Of a stretch of 64,000 nt of DNA, positions 63,491-64,000 are shown piece after piece (the first letter of the stretch is position 1; each line of letters begins with the position of its first letter). The notes beneath the pieces are model-generated. The model was not told the origin of the DNA. It ran no database searches and saw nothing but the letters and a program-made list of their open reading frames with translations. The position numbers and the translations under genes were made by a program. Origin of the DNA: Chrysemys picta bellii (taxonomy: Eukaryota); assembly GCF_011386835.1 (NCBI RefSeq), contig NC_088804.1:43400001-43464000 (forward strand), given 5' to 3'.

Positions 63491-64000
63491 AGAGAAGAGA
63501 AGAATAATTATCCCTACAGTTTGCTCGGTTCTTATCTAATTAAGTAAATAAATTACATATTTAAGTGAATGGGATTTTTGTCTGGGATTTTTGTTAGCGC
63601 TGGCCAAACAATTGATTTTGGTTTCCTGCCTGTTTCAAAACATTAAAAAAAATTCATTAAAGGTCAAACCGAAAGCGAAATTTGTAGACATTTTTGGTGA
63701 ATCTAAAAGTAAAAAAAAAAAAAAAAAAATTGTTTGGGTGGAACAAAACCTTTGTTCCACCCAAACTAAATGTATCATTTCTATTTTGAACATTTGTTAA
63801 TATTTTTTTATTTAAAAATTTCCTTTGTTATTTTTATGAATAGTTATTTTGCTTTGAAAAATTTAAAATATTTCATTTTAAAGATGTCAGAACAAAGCAT
63901 TTTAGATATATATATATTTTTTAAACCAAAATAATTTGGCAAAATTGCTATACAGTTGGGAAGTGTTTTGGTGTCATTGAATCTGTATTGTTCACTGGAA

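Overview
Vertebrate non-coding DNA, most likely from a turtle. The evidence is a tRNA-derived SINE with a CR1-type tail resembling the tortoise polIII/SINE, plus CR1, DIRS and Penelope repeats typical of turtles. No host protein-coding exon can be read. Nine N blocks of 132-237 bp hide sequence in the otherwise unique DNA, and some have splice-like flanks. The first ~24 kb is AT-rich and poor in young repeats, with a promoter/enhancer-like stretch at 2.2-3.1 kb. The rest is repeat-rich. Main elements: (1) a structurally complete but partly decayed DIRS tyrosine-recombinase retrotransposon (32238-38109). It has ITRs, an internal complementary region, a dead gag, an RT missing its catalytic core, and RNase H, MTase-like and still-open YR regions. 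It inserted without a TSD, through a TTT core, into an older CR1. (2) An apparently full-length CR1 LINE on the minus strand (54323-59205) with an uninterrupted EN-RT ORF2, an SGNH-esterase ORF1 and a 68-bp repeat in its 5' UTR. (3) Two short Penelope-derived inserts with 14-bp TSDs and hammerhead-ribozyme remnants, one of them a 185-bp palindrome. There are also CR1 and RTE fragments, MIR-like SINEs and hAT/Harbinger-like MITEs. I found no evidence of a wholly new system. The notable items are unusual states of known element classes. All family assignments come from motif recognition; no database search was run.
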